Sequence record: MN871447.1
DNA length: 64,000 nt
Direction: 5' to 3' (one strand)
Position 1 is the stretch's first letter, and the number at the start of each line of letters is the position of its first letter. The notes beneath the pieces were generated by a model that did no database searches, was not told the origin of the DNA, and saw nothing but the letters and a program-made list of their open reading frames with translations. Positions 54,097-63,592 of the stretch are shown here, in pieces. A program made the translations under genes and the position numbers.

Positions 54097-55647
54097 TTAC
54101 TGACCAATAGCCTGGTTCAGTTTCTCAATCACCAGCCCCAACGCCGCCTGCGCGTCAATCTGCGCGTCAATGGCTTTCTGCGCTTCGGCGAAACGCACGA
54201 CGATTTCATCACGTAACGGTTTGATAGCAGCAATCAACGCCTCGTTACGCTCTTTCTGTTCCAGCTCAATCGCAACGCGTTCGAGTTCCAGAATCTGTTT
54301 ACGGACGTCAGTGGATGTTGTAGGTGCCATAGTTTGCTCTTTAAACTCGATCGGTGTGATAGGGTCTGGTACAGAGTTGGCCATTTCAGGGAGTGTTGCT
54401 AAGTTCACCTGTCTAGCCTCTAAATGCGCCAACCGGTTAGGGTATTTCGAAGCATTAGTTTCCACCGTAGATTCCCCTTCTTTCGGTCCTTTTTGTAACG
54501 CTTCCATCACCGCCACCGCCATTGCAGTTGGTGCTTCAGTTTTCGTCCGATGAACAATCCCTACCGCATCCCCTTCTTCATTGAGTTTAATCCAGTTAAC
54601 GTGACAGCCCGGTTTGTTAGGGTGATCATCGCTGTAGATGGAGACGATACCCTTTTCTACTAACGGGTTCAAAATGGCGAAACGTGTTTCTTTACTCAGT
54701 TCCGGCAAGTTAGGGAGATAGTTCCAGACCTGGTAGATCGGAAGTAAACTCTTAGACGCCTTCAGTAATTCTACGATCATGCCCCTGATCGCGTCTTTAT
54801 TTAAAGGGAATTCCGAAGAAGTAGGTACCGTCATGTCCGTATTTTGGTAGACAGACGAACGATGGTCGCTTCCGCTTGTCTGAGTATCATCCAACGCCAG
54901 TGTTGAAGCCGAGTGGTCGAAAGATAGCTCAGACGCAGGGAGAGGTTTGGAGAAGTCAGGGTGAACAAAACGCCCTACCGGATACTTATATTTCTCCGGC
55001 TGCCATTCTTTCTCTACTACGCCTTCGTAGGTTTTCAGGTAGGAAAGAACTTGTTGACGAGGCGCCCCTTTCAGGTAGCGATACTCTTTGACCGACTCAT
55101 CAATTTCAGTACGAGTAAAGCCTTTCGGGTCAGTGAGGAGAAAGGCTTTGATTTTATCGGCCGCGTTAATCAGTTTTACATCGACCAGGTGTTCGGCGCG
55201 GAGAGATTCAAAATCAACGACAGCTTTGGTTGTAACCGGTTTTTCTTGGGTGGTCATTTCTTTCTCCTCTTTGATAGGCGGGATAATGCGTTCCAGACGA
55301 CTGCGTTTCTTAGTGACAATGGTCTGTTTACCTGCGCCGGTGATATGAACCACCGAACCAGACGGACGTTCTTTCTCTGGCTGTGCGAGGACGTTAATCG
55401 GCGCCGTAAACATTTTGTGGCGAAGCAGCGGTGCACACTTGACGCCTTTTTGCGTTATCTCTGTTACGACGATTCTGTTTTTCTCAATGACGTACTTGAG
55501 TAAGATATCCAGTTCTTTCTTCTTCAGTGAGCGTAGAGAAGGAATTTTAGACTGGAGCAGGTCATAGGTCATTCCTTCAGGTAAACGCTCCAGAAAGCGA
55601 CTCAGTTCTTCATACGGCAGATATAAGTTTTCTTGTAAACGGATCAT
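54097..55647 (-). CDS. Multi-domain protein: putative winged-helix repeats plus C-terminal coiled coil
   Basis: 516 aa; three ~60-aa helical repeats separated by low-complexity linkers; AAGGAG RBS plus AACTAAAC box. Confidence 0.7.
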   Translation of the reverse strand: MIRLQENLYLPYEELSRFLERLPEGMTYDLLQSKIPSLRSLKKKELDILLKYVIEKNRIVVTEITQKGVKCAPLLRHKMFTAPINVLAQPEKERPSGSVVHITGAGKQTIVTKKRSRLERIIPPIKEEKEMTTQEKPVTTKAVVDFESLRAEHLVDVKLINAADKIKAFLLTDPKGFTRTEIDESVKEYRYLKGAPRQQVLSYLKTYEGVVEKEWQPEKYKYPVGRFVHPDFSKPLPASELSFDHSASTLALDDTQTSGSDHRSSVYQNTDMTVPTSSEFPLNKDAIRGMIVELLKASKSLLPIYQVWNYLPNLPELSKETRFAILNPLVEKGIVSIYSDDHPNKPGCHVNWIKLNEEGDAVGIVHRTKTEAPTAMAVAVMEALQKGPKEGESTVETNASKYPNRLAHLEARQVNLATLPEMANSVPDPITPIEFKEQTMAPTTSTDVRKQILELERVAIELEQKERNEALIAAIKPLRDEIVVRFAEAQKAIDAQIDAQAALGLVIEKLNQAIGQ

Positions 55648-55678
55648 TGTATTTCTCCTTCTTCTTTTACTGGTTTAG

Positions 55679-56050
55679 TTATTTGACTAACATTTGTAAT
55701 GAGGCAATAACCGCTTTCAGTTCCTCATTATTGAGAACAAGGTAGGTCGAGTCTTTTTCAAATAAGCCATCGCGGCTCGTTGCGAAAAGATCCATGGGAA
55801 TATCAGAGGAAATGTCACACGTTTTCATTTCCCCCTGGATGAAATCATTGAGTTCATCTCGTTCTTCTGAGGATCTGACTTCAATGTCAATTAAAGGTCT
55901 AAACACAAAGTCATCGCGTAGCGATTCGTATTTAACATTTAGAGCTAGATAACCCGGCTCTAGTTGCCCCTCCGTCCAATCCACCGGTCCAAATACAAAA
56001 AGTGTCCCGGAAGGCAATTTAAGAAATTCTTCTTTAGAATAAAGTTTCAT
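55679..56050 (-). CDS. Phage hypothetical early protein
   Basis: ATG 56050 after AGGAG; EEFLKLPSGTLF motif. Confidence 0.75.
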   Translation of the reverse strand: MKLYSKEEFLKLPSGTLFVFGPVDWTEGQLEPGYLALNVKYESLRDDFVFRPLIDIEVRSSEERDELNDFIQGEMKTCDISSDIPMDLFATSRDGLFEKDSTYLVLNNEELKAVIASLQMLVK

Positions 56051-56119
56051 TGTATTTCTCCTATAGTAGACTGATAAAAATGAAATCGAATTTAATACAT
56101 TCAACTATCTTGCATAACG

Positions 56120-56140
56120 GAGATATATACATGAAACAAA
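56120..56140 (-). promoter_or_regulatory. Putative early promoter
   Basis: Minus strand AATTTGTTTCATGTATATATCTC. Confidence 0.55.
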
Positions 56141-56148
56141 TTGCATAA

Positions 56149-56179
56149 TTCCCTACAGCACGCAGGTGCTGTAGGGAAA
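56149..56179 (-). terminator. Intrinsic terminator after the Nampt-like gene
   Basis: TTCCCTACAGCAC-GCAG-GTGCTGTAGGGAA. Confidence 0.8.
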
Positions 56180-56194
56180 GGTTATGTCTTTAAA

Positions 56195-57976
56195 TTACAA
56201 CCACTGCGTCGCACGTTGACGAATAGTACGAAGACTTTCCAGTACTTTCACGTCGCCGTTCAGGTACACAGTCCGCATCGCGTCAACCTCACTACCGCGA
56301 AGCGCTTCATACTCTTCACGGGTCAGGTTATCACGCAGTTCGAGTTTTCCGTTCTCGCCCTTCGCAACGATCAGGTAACCTTTTGCCGATTTCTTGGTGC
56401 CGTCATCGGTTTTCGGGTTTTTCGCGATAGAGTAATGTTTACCTTTAACCTTCCCAGCGGTCGCCTTCATGGCGATGCCCAGGGTGTCACGGGTAACATA
56501 CTGGAATTCGAAACTGCCCACACCAAAGACCACGTTGGAACTACAGAACCCATTCGCTTTCAAACGAGAAAGGATCTGAGTCATGCGAGTCAATGTGATT
56601 GCATCCCCGTAAATCAAACCGACGTGAGAATCCAGTTCTTTGTAACCCGCAGCATTGGTTGTTCCGCCGAAGATTTCAAAAAGGATTTGCACGGCTCCTT
56701 TTTTCTCTTCCAAAGAAATAGGTTTACCGCTTTCAGTCGAATAGAAAACGTTGTCGATACAATAGCACTCGTATCCGTTTTCAATAGAAAAACGACGAAG
56801 GAACTCTTCCGTCTTTTCTCGACCTATTTCGGAGTAGAGCGTTTTTCCACCAATTCGGGGGTCGGGATAAATGCCAGCAGAAAGGTGATTATCGCCATCC
56901 CAAGTATAGCCGCAGAGGATGTGATACGGATTACCGCTATCCGGGCGATAGACCAGTTTACCGTCACGCGCCATAATCGCATCTTTATTAGCGATGGCTT
57001 TGGTGGTGATGGTATCGAAGAAGTCGTTAGTATCGCTGACGAAGCTGAAAACGCCAGACGGATAAACTTCAGTGATCAGTCGACGTTGGAAAAGTTCTTC
57101 CGCTTTCGACAGCAGTTCCGCTTCAGTCGCATTCTTGTACCCCGGAGTAGCTTGTAACTGCTCGACATAGACTGCGATGTTCAGACAGGTTACACTGTGC
57201 TCTGTAGCTGGCACACTCCCGGCGATTTCTGAGATCGGCATATCGCCTTCTGGGTTATAGAAGCGATTCGCTGTCCAGACCGAAGGGAAGCTATCGCTCC
57301 CTTTGAAGTAGATCAACTGACCGACTGAACTGTTGGCATCATCGAACATCCCCGACATACCGCGCAGAGCGAAGTTATGAGATTGGTAGTCGATAAAGGC
57401 TTTTGCCGCACCCGTTTCGTTGGCGTACTGCTCTAACACTCGACGGAAGTGCAACGCTTTCGTTGCCAGCACACACGGCTTCCAGAGTTCGTTACTCCAG
57501 AGATCTTCGAAGTAACCCGTCAACCACCCGAAGCCATCCACTGTGTTTTCAATCGTCAGGAACGGAACACGAATAGGGACGAGTGAGCCTTCTGGTACCG
57601 CACGGATTTCCAGTGGGAGATAACCCAGCTTGTGAAGTGCTTTCAGGTGAGCGGATTTTACCACACCTTTACCCAGAACACCGTCCATATACTGGAGATA
57701 CTCCGCTTCCGATTCGTTGAACGGCGCTTTAAAGAAGTTATCGAAACTCCCTACCAACCAACGCAGAACAAGCCGCTGCATTCCCATGAACACCGAACCG
57801 TCGAAGTCCAGAGGCGTATTGAAGTACGTATGGCTACGTGCCGTCAGGTTTTCAAAGAAGCTGTCAGTGCCCAGAGGTTGTTGGTTGATGTGCCCAGTTT
57901 TGTAGGCATCGCACAGCAGGAAAACCAGCGGATCTTCAGTATAGAACTTTGGGTCTTTCAGTAAAGGGTTGGTCAT
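56195..57976 (-). CDS. Nicotinamide phosphoribosyltransferase-like enzyme (Namat of NARP1, or Nampt)
   Basis: DAYKTGH, HNFALRG, FKGSD, VPATEHS, VSDT.D, RPDSG, GLIYGDAIT, FGVGS, KSAKG. Confidence 0.9.
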   Translation of the reverse strand: MTNPLLKDPKFYTEDPLVFLLCDAYKTGHINQQPLGTDSFFENLTARSHTYFNTPLDFDGSVFMGMQRLVLRWLVGSFDNFFKAPFNESEAEYLQYMDGVLGKGVVKSAHLKALHKLGYLPLEIRAVPEGSLVPIRVPFLTIENTVDGFGWLTGYFEDLWSNELWKPCVLATKALHFRRVLEQYANETGAAKAFIDYQSHNFALRGMSGMFDDANSSVGQLIYFKGSDSFPSVWTANRFYNPEGDMPISEIAGSVPATEHSVTCLNIAVYVEQLQATPGYKNATEAELLSKAEELFQRRLITEVYPSGVFSFVSDTNDFFDTITTKAIANKDAIMARDGKLVYRPDSGNPYHILCGYTWDGDNHLSAGIYPDPRIGGKTLYSEIGREKTEEFLRRFSIENGYECYCIDNVFYSTESGKPISLEEKKGAVQILFEIFGGTTNAAGYKELDSHVGLIYGDAITLTRMTQILSRLKANGFCSSNVVFGVGSFEFQYVTRDTLGIAMKATAGKVKGKHYSIAKNPKTDDGTKKSAKGYLIVAKGENGKLELRDNLTREEYEALRGSEVDAMRTVYLNGDVKVLESLRTIRQRATQWL

Positions 57977-58836
57977 TTCACGCGTCCATCTTTAGCAGTT
58001 AAATAAGATTGGGTTGGTAACCCGTCGTCAGTGATATTTTCCCACCACACGTTGGTTGAGAAAATCTGATCAAAAGCGATAGAGAGTTCGCCTAGGCCCT
58101 TGGAAAAAATTCCATGGGTCACGAAGAGACTGAGCGATTTCGGGTTTTGGGTATTGAGTTTTTTCGCCAGCTCAGTGAAAGTCCACCCACCATCGCAGAT
58201 GTCGTCGACAACCAACAAATTACGACCTTCGATATTGTCATTGTCCAATAACGTAATGTCGAGGATGTTGCCGGTTTTAGTGTCGCGCTTTTTGTTTGCG
58301 TAAACGATAGGTGCGCCGCCGAGTAGTTTTGCCAACTCTTCAGTTTTCTTCGCCGCACCACCGTCCGGGGAAACTAACACGACGTTATTTTCCCGAATCC
58401 AATTAGCCAATAAATTGTAGACAATTTTTGACTGTTCCAGGACGACGAGATTTTTGATCAGTGCCGGAGTAACGTTAGAATGCGGATCGTGTATCAACAC
58501 ACGGTCTGCTTTCAGGCTGTTGAACAGTTCAGCAAAAACGCCGAGCGAAAACGATTCGCCTGCATTACAGACACGGTCCTGCCGCGCATACGGGAAATAA
58601 GGCACGACTAAATGGAGTTCTGTTTTCGCCGTGTATTTCCCAATACGACGAATAGCATCGACCAGTAACAGTAGACGCACTGCCTCGGTGGAAGATTTGA
58701 TACTTCCTTCTATTTTAACAACACCGATATCATGAGGCGGTAGGCCATGACGACTAATGGCGATATGTTCCTCGCCACCCGGGAAAGTTAAATTTTCATA
58801 AAGGACTGGTTGGTCATCAAACGTAACTTTAAACAT
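57973..58836 (-). CDS. Ribose-phosphate pyrophosphokinase-like enzyme (Adps of NARP1, or Prs)
   Basis: FPGGE, PYFPYARQDR, DPHS, VSPDGGA, VVDDICDGG, THGIFS; overlaps the Nampt-like gene by 4 nt. Confidence 0.9.
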   Translation of the reverse strand: MFKVTFDDQPVLYENLTFPGGEEHIAISRHGLPPHDIGVVKIEGSIKSSTEAVRLLLLVDAIRRIGKYTAKTELHLVVPYFPYARQDRVCNAGESFSLGVFAELFNSLKADRVLIHDPHSNVTPALIKNLVVLEQSKIVYNLLANWIRENNVVLVSPDGGAAKKTEELAKLLGGAPIVYANKKRDTKTGNILDITLLDNDNIEGRNLLVVDDICDGGWTFTELAKKLNTQNPKSLSLFVTHGIFSKGLGELSIAFDQIFSTNVWWENITDDGLPTQSYLTAKDGRVK

Positions 58837-58884
58837 TGTAACCCCTTTCAAAGTGTTAAAGCTTAATCTTCAAAATAAATATTA

Positions 58885-59424
58885 TCAGCGTGTTATTGGA
58901 TTCTGTATTTTCACGAACGTAGAGAAACGACATCCCTCGTCTTCCCCGAATTCATGCGACTCAAGGGTCCAACCACGGTGAACGGTAGTATAAGAGAACA
59001 ATTTACTGAGTTCTTGGATAAGATCAATGTCGAGCGGAACATTCCCTTTGGAGCGAATAGGGATTTCCGTCACGTAAAGCTTCTGTACCCGATCTAATAG
59101 TTGTTTGTAGATACTTACCCCTCCGCAGATAACAATCTCGTTGTAGCCTTTTCTAGAGGCGTCTACAGCGATATCTTCAAATGAGCTATACGCGAGGAGT
59201 TCGGGGGTGTTTTCAAACTGACTGGGATCAGAGGTCAAAACGTAATGGGCTCGTCCAGGTAAAGCCCGGCCAATACCTTTAGCCGTGGTCGATCCCATGA
59301 CGATGGCTTTGTTTTTGGTTTTCCTTACAAACCAAGAAAGGTCTTCTTTGGATTTCCAAGCAAGTTTATCATCTTGACCAATAATGAAATCAAGATCGTG
59401 TGCAACGATGAGAGAGAAAATCAT
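58885..59424 (-). CDS. Dihydrofolate reductase
   Basis: LIVAHD...IG...LAW...EDL..F, VMGSTT, RALPGR, ICGGVSIY, LYVTEI. Confidence 0.92.
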   Translation of the reverse strand: MIFSLIVAHDLDFIIGQDDKLAWKSKEDLSWFVRKTKNKAIVMGSTTAKGIGRALPGRAHYVLTSDPSQFENTPELLAYSSFEDIAVDASRKGYNEIVICGGVSIYKQLLDRVQKLYVTEIPIRSKGNVPLDIDLIQELSKLFSYTTVHRGWTLESHEFGEDEGCRFSTFVKIQNPITR

Positions 59425-59570
59425 AATGGGTTACCTGTTAGTGAGTTCAAACTAAAAAGTATATACGTGATAATATACTTCGTTGTTGATATTGTTTTCC
59501 AATTAGCACCACAACAGTGCGTTTCTTGTGACAAGAATCAACCTATTAGCCCGATCGGGCAGGAGATGAA

Positions 59571-61826
59571 ATGAGCACCAATTTTATATCTATGCCAAAT
59601 AGTCAATTCAAACTATCCGATGGAGCGAGGAACGCTAATTTCGGTAAATTGTACGTAGGTAAAGCCAATACCGACCCTACCGTTGCGGCTAATCAAATCC
59701 CGGTAACCGGTGTTGCTACCGACGGTACGAGTACTACGTTAACGCAACCAGTGAATCTGGACAGTCGGGGCTTTCCGGTGGACGCCTCGGGTAAAACCGT
59801 AACACTATCTGTAGACTCTCACTACAGTCTCGCTATATTCGATGCGTACGATAAGTTACAACAATCTGTCAGCGCAGTGGAAACAAAAGAAGTGAGCTCG
59901 TTCGCGGAGCTCAGATCACTCCCTGTACTTCGCGACGGACAGTCAGTAAAAGTTTTAGGTGTCGGCTATGGAGATTTCGTCGGTAAAAAGGGAACAGGCG
60001 TCGATGACGGTTTTACCATTGCTGCCGGGCCTGGTTATTACTGGCAACGCATTGATATTCCTTTTTACAGCGCTAAAAGTGGATCCAGTACGCTGCGGAG
60101 TATTCAAAATAAGCTTCGTGAGATTCCTTCAATATACGATTGGGATAGCGACAGTGCAAATGACGACTCGACGCGTTTTACGAAAGCACTCAATTCTAAC
60201 GCAGATAATATTTTCATTCCAAGTAATACGGAAATAGGGACACTGAAAATTGCGAATATTAACGTTACTCGCAATATTCACTTTTGGGGAACTGCCATTG
60301 CGGGTTACCGTCAAGTTGGCGCATCGCTCGTTATCCTCGACGGTGCCGACTATGGATTTAATTTCAGTGGGTCAGGTAATGGGACCACCGGAAACGGTAG
60401 CCGCTTGATTGGCGGAGGAATGACGGGGATTTCATTACTCGGTCAAACCACGGCGAATAAATCAGACTTTATACGAGTCAGTCATGCTTCCAGTTTAGAG
60501 TTCTCAAACGTATCCCTACGTCAGTCCGCTGGAGCGGGGTTTGTTCTACAGGACTTTATGGAAAGTAGAATTGTTAACTGCTACTTTAACAGTGTCGGCG
60601 GAGAAACTAAAAACGTCATTCATCTTGGCGATTACATGGACAGCGCACCTTGGAACGTTAATAACTTGCACATTGAAGGTTGCACTTTTGGCTCTTGCGG
60701 CGGATACTTAATTTATGCTTCAGAGAACGCCAATGCCGATCTCATTTGGATTAGTAGTAACAAATTCGAATGGGACAGTGATTCGCTTAACCCGAATACG
60801 ACAGATAAGTCAGTTATTTATTTAGGGAAGGTGGAGCGGGTTAATATTGATAATAATGGCTTTGTGTATTATTACCCGGCACACAGTCGTTACACGTCGA
60901 TACTTGAATTGAGCCAGAATGCTAACTACGGGGTACAGTTTAAAGGGAACAGTGCGTGGGGTTGCACGAATGCGAATTACTGGAAGGTTTCTGGCGGCTC
61001 ATTACTGGCTGCGAATAACCGCAGTAACGCCACAATGACAACTGTAGTAACAAGTCCGTATAGCCAAGATATCGAAGCACCTGCTATTCGTACGTCGACA
61101 GGTAATCGACCGACGTCGTACGCAGCAAAACCTTTCTATTCTGATTTTATTCCGGCACATAGACTTACCGGACCTAACGACAGTAACAACTTCGTGACTG
61201 ACCCAGATGCAACGGTTAATGGTACGTGTCAGCAAGCGACCGTAGGGCAGGAAATTCGTCGACTCTTGATCCCAAAAGACATGATGGTTTCCGGTAGGGT
61301 ATTAAAAGTCTCAGCGCGAGTGAAAAGTACGGATACGGTTACCGACGGGAATATTCAAATTGTCCTCGATGGAAATATCATCACTAACAATACCCACTCT
61401 TTAGTGACCAATTCCAATTTTTTAACGGTTCCTGCTAACAGTGGTTGGACTCAGGTAGATTGGTTTATCACGCCGACTTTATTGGGCTCCGGCGCTGGCT
61501 CAATAATATTTAAAAATGTCGGGACGAATACTTTTCTTTTTGACGGGGTTAGTATAAAGTACGCAGATTATTTCGATGTTACTGTACCGTGGACGCCAGG
61601 TACTATTGCGGCAAATACCATGGTTAACACAACGATTACGAGTAGTCGTTTCTCTGCGTTTGTAACCGGTGTCAGTGGCGTTCGGACTGACCAAAGTCTG
61701 GGTGGTGCATTTTCGTCTGCTTATTTTAATGCTGCGAATAATCAGCTAGTTATTCAGCTGCGTACATTTGAAAGTCAGGCTGCGACGTCGGCGACATCCT
61801 TCCGAGTAAGATTATTTTTGAAATAG
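59571..61826 (+). CDS. Tailspike with P22-type head-binding N-terminus and beta-helix body
   Basis: GKLYVGKANTDPTVAANQIPV...QPVNL...YSLAIFD resembles the P22 tailspike head-binding domain; DDSTRFTKAL starts the beta-helix. Confidence 0.85.
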   Translation: MSTNFISMPNSQFKLSDGARNANFGKLYVGKANTDPTVAANQIPVTGVATDGTSTTLTQPVNLDSRGFPVDASGKTVTLSVDSHYSLAIFDAYDKLQQSVSAVETKEVSSFAELRSLPVLRDGQSVKVLGVGYGDFVGKKGTGVDDGFTIAAGPGYYWQRIDIPFYSAKSGSSTLRSIQNKLREIPSIYDWDSDSANDDSTRFTKALNSNADNIFIPSNTEIGTLKIANINVTRNIHFWGTAIAGYRQVGASLVILDGADYGFNFSGSGNGTTGNGSRLIGGGMTGISLLGQTTANKSDFIRVSHASSLEFSNVSLRQSAGAGFVLQDFMESRIVNCYFNSVGGETKNVIHLGDYMDSAPWNVNNLHIEGCTFGSCGGYLIYASENANADLIWISSNKFEWDSDSLNPNTTDKSVIYLGKVERVNIDNNGFVYYYPAHSRYTSILELSQNANYGVQFKGNSAWGCTNANYWKVSGGSLLAANNRSNATMTTVVTSPYSQDIEAPAIRTSTGNRPTSYAAKPFYSDFIPAHRLTGPNDSNNFVTDPDATVNGTCQQATVGQEIRRLLIPKDMMVSGRVLKVSARVKSTDTVTDGNIQIVLDGNIITNNTHSLVTNSNFLTVPANSGWTQVDWFITPTLLGSGAGSIIFKNVGTNTFLFDGVSIKYADYFDVTVPWTPGTIAANTMVNTTITSSRFSAFVTGVSGVRTDQSLGGAFSSAYFNAANNQLVIQLRTFESQAATSATSFRVRLFLK

Positions 61827-61840
61827 ATTAAAATGAGATA

Positions 61841-61871
61841 AGGGAGAGGAGGGTTCATCCCTCCTCTCCCT
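61841..61871 (+). terminator. Intrinsic terminator
   Basis: AGGGAGAGGAGGG-TTCAT-CCCTCCTCTCCCT. Confidence 0.8.
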
Positions 61872-62076
61872 GTGTGTTTTATACTTCCGAATTACTACGT
61901 TCTGTAGCGTTAATCAACATGGGCTGTGTAGTGACAGGAACATCTTTCTGTTAATGATAAATGAATATCTTTTCCTCATTACGATATTGGACACAAACCA
62001 AAGAAAAAAGTTATAGACCATAGACCTAGGAGAACCCGAAGGTTCTCCTAGGCTACAATCGCGCCGTAAAGCGGAA

Positions 62077-62802
62077 TTATTTAAACGCCGGGTGCAGCTT
62101 GATCGTTTTCACTTCGGCGGCCAGCTCTTTATCAGCTTTGGCTTCAGCGAGGTCAACCGCTTGCTGGAGATTAACCCAGAATTCGACGGTGGTTTTGGTA
62201 GCCTTTGCCAGGCGGTGCGCGGTGCGGATCGTCAGTTTGGTTTTACCGTTGATCAGGCGAGACAGCGTTGCTGTCGCCAGGCCGATATGCGCAGCGAAAT
62301 CAGTCGGGGAAATTTCTTTCGGTTCCAGGTATTCTTTCAAAAGAATTTCGCCCGGCGTAGAAGGTTTGCGTGCTTTTGCCATTTTCGGTTTTTCCTTTGG
62401 TTTTTCAGGAGGTTGTGTACCATTACTGTTATTGCATAATACTACTTCTTGACGTGAAAGATTACCGAGGAACAGAATCGAGCCAACAGTGAAAATCGAC
62501 TGTTTTACGCCGTCTGGCGTATTACGGAAAAGGGAGACCTGATTTTTATTTTTCTGCAGAAGATCAATGAGCAAATTAACGTGATAATCTGCCGGATTAT
62601 TCAGATCGCGGAAGAGCAGTGCTTCAGCTTCTGTAAAACTGATCTTCTTCTCCTGTACCATCGCCATCTGAAGAGGGAATTTTAACTTATGAACCAAGAT
62701 CCGATACGGTAATGAAACTACCGTTTTCAAATTACCCTCTTTATCGAGAATGAATCGGTTGAGCTCTTCGTCTGTGATGTCATTGTTAACGTAGTGAATC
62801 AT
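62077..62802 (-). CDS. higA: Protein with C-terminal HigA-family HTH antitoxin domain; probable internal start at 62382
   Basis: PSTPGEILLKEYLEP...LSRLINGK...AHRLAKA...EFWVNLQQAVDL; AAGGA upstream of ATG 62382 gives a 101-aa HigA. Confidence 0.75.
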   Translation of the reverse strand: MIHYVNNDITDEELNRFILDKEGNLKTVVSLPYRILVHKLKFPLQMAMVQEKKISFTEAEALLFRDLNNPADYHVNLLIDLLQKNKNQVSLFRNTPDGVKQSIFTVGSILFLGNLSRQEVVLCNNSNGTQPPEKPKEKPKMAKARKPSTPGEILLKEYLEPKEISPTDFAAHIGLATATLSRLINGKTKLTIRTAHRLAKATKTTVEFWVNLQQAVDLAEAKADKELAAEVKTIKLHPAFK

Positions 62803-62822
62803 TTTATTCTCCCGTTTTATCT

Positions 62823-63245
62823 TTAACCGATAGTGATGAGGCGCTCTTCAAATCTGAGCGGGTTAGGAATGTTGATGTTATCCATTTCTGAGAGGTAGTA
62901 CGCAGCGACCTCTCGTTTAAGGAGGGTCACGCCGGTATTAGTACGCGCCAGTTCATCGGCTACTCGAATTACCGGGTCGTTCCAATAGTTACTTTTTACA
63001 ATAACTTTCAGCGTGGGGAATTTTCCATCGGCAATGAAATCCGTGTCGTATTCAAAATCCATATTGTCACTGCAACCGTGATCGGCTTCAATATGCAAAT
63101 TCAAAAGCCATGCCTTTAGTCGCTCTTCCGGATACGATTGCATAACCACGCAAAGGTCAATGTCCTTCCCTTCAGCATCGCTAAGAATGAAAATCATTTG
63201 TTGGACATTCATTTTTATTCCCCGTCTTATGGCATCGCAACCCAA
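62823..63245 (-). CDS. Hypothetical protein
   Basis: Likely start MNVQQM after GGGGA. Confidence 0.7.
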   Translation of the reverse strand: MGCDAIRRGIKMNVQQMIFILSDAEGKDIDLCVVMQSYPEERLKAWLLNLHIEADHGCSDNMDFEYDTDFIADGKFPTLKVIVKSNYWNDPVIRVADELARTNTGVTLLKREVAAYYLSEMDNINIPNPLRFEERLITIG

Positions 63246-63592
63246 TAAGGATCGTCGAGATTATCGGCACACCAGCGTGCAATTTTTAGAAATTCTTCAA
63301 AGCCAGAAAAACCAATGTTACTGCGTTGTGTTTCTGTCATTGGCCATCGGGTCAGTAATTGAAGTTTCTCCAGGAAAAAGTCATCTATTTTACCGTAGAG
63401 AATACCCTCTTTTTCTTGTCCACTGAAAACAATATTGAGATAATTGTTAGTGAAATTGACCACCGAATGATAATTGGAGTGGGTAACGAATAACGAGTTA
63501 TCCAGAGGACAAGTATTGGGAACCTGTGCGAAAGGTTTATTACCGTCCTCTCTGTCTTCTTTGAGTTCGCCGAATTGGAATAAGATCGCCAT
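63227..63592 (-). CDS. Hypothetical protein
   Basis: 121-aa ORF, AAGGA RBS. Confidence 0.7.
   Translation of the reverse strand: MAILFQFGELKEDREDGNKPFAQVPNTCPLDNSLFVTHSNYHSVVNFTNNYLNIVFSGQEKEGILYGKIDDFFLEKLQLLTRWPMTETQRSNIGFSGFEEFLKIARWCADNLDDPYWVAMP

Noticed and set aside
56141-57157. 338-aa plus-strand ORF antisense to the Nampt-like gene
   Set aside because: Fully overlaps a motif-rich gene on the other strand; GTG start without RBS; shadow ORF.
61875-62025. 35-codon minus-strand ORF between two terminators
   Set aside because: No convincing RBS or composition signal.
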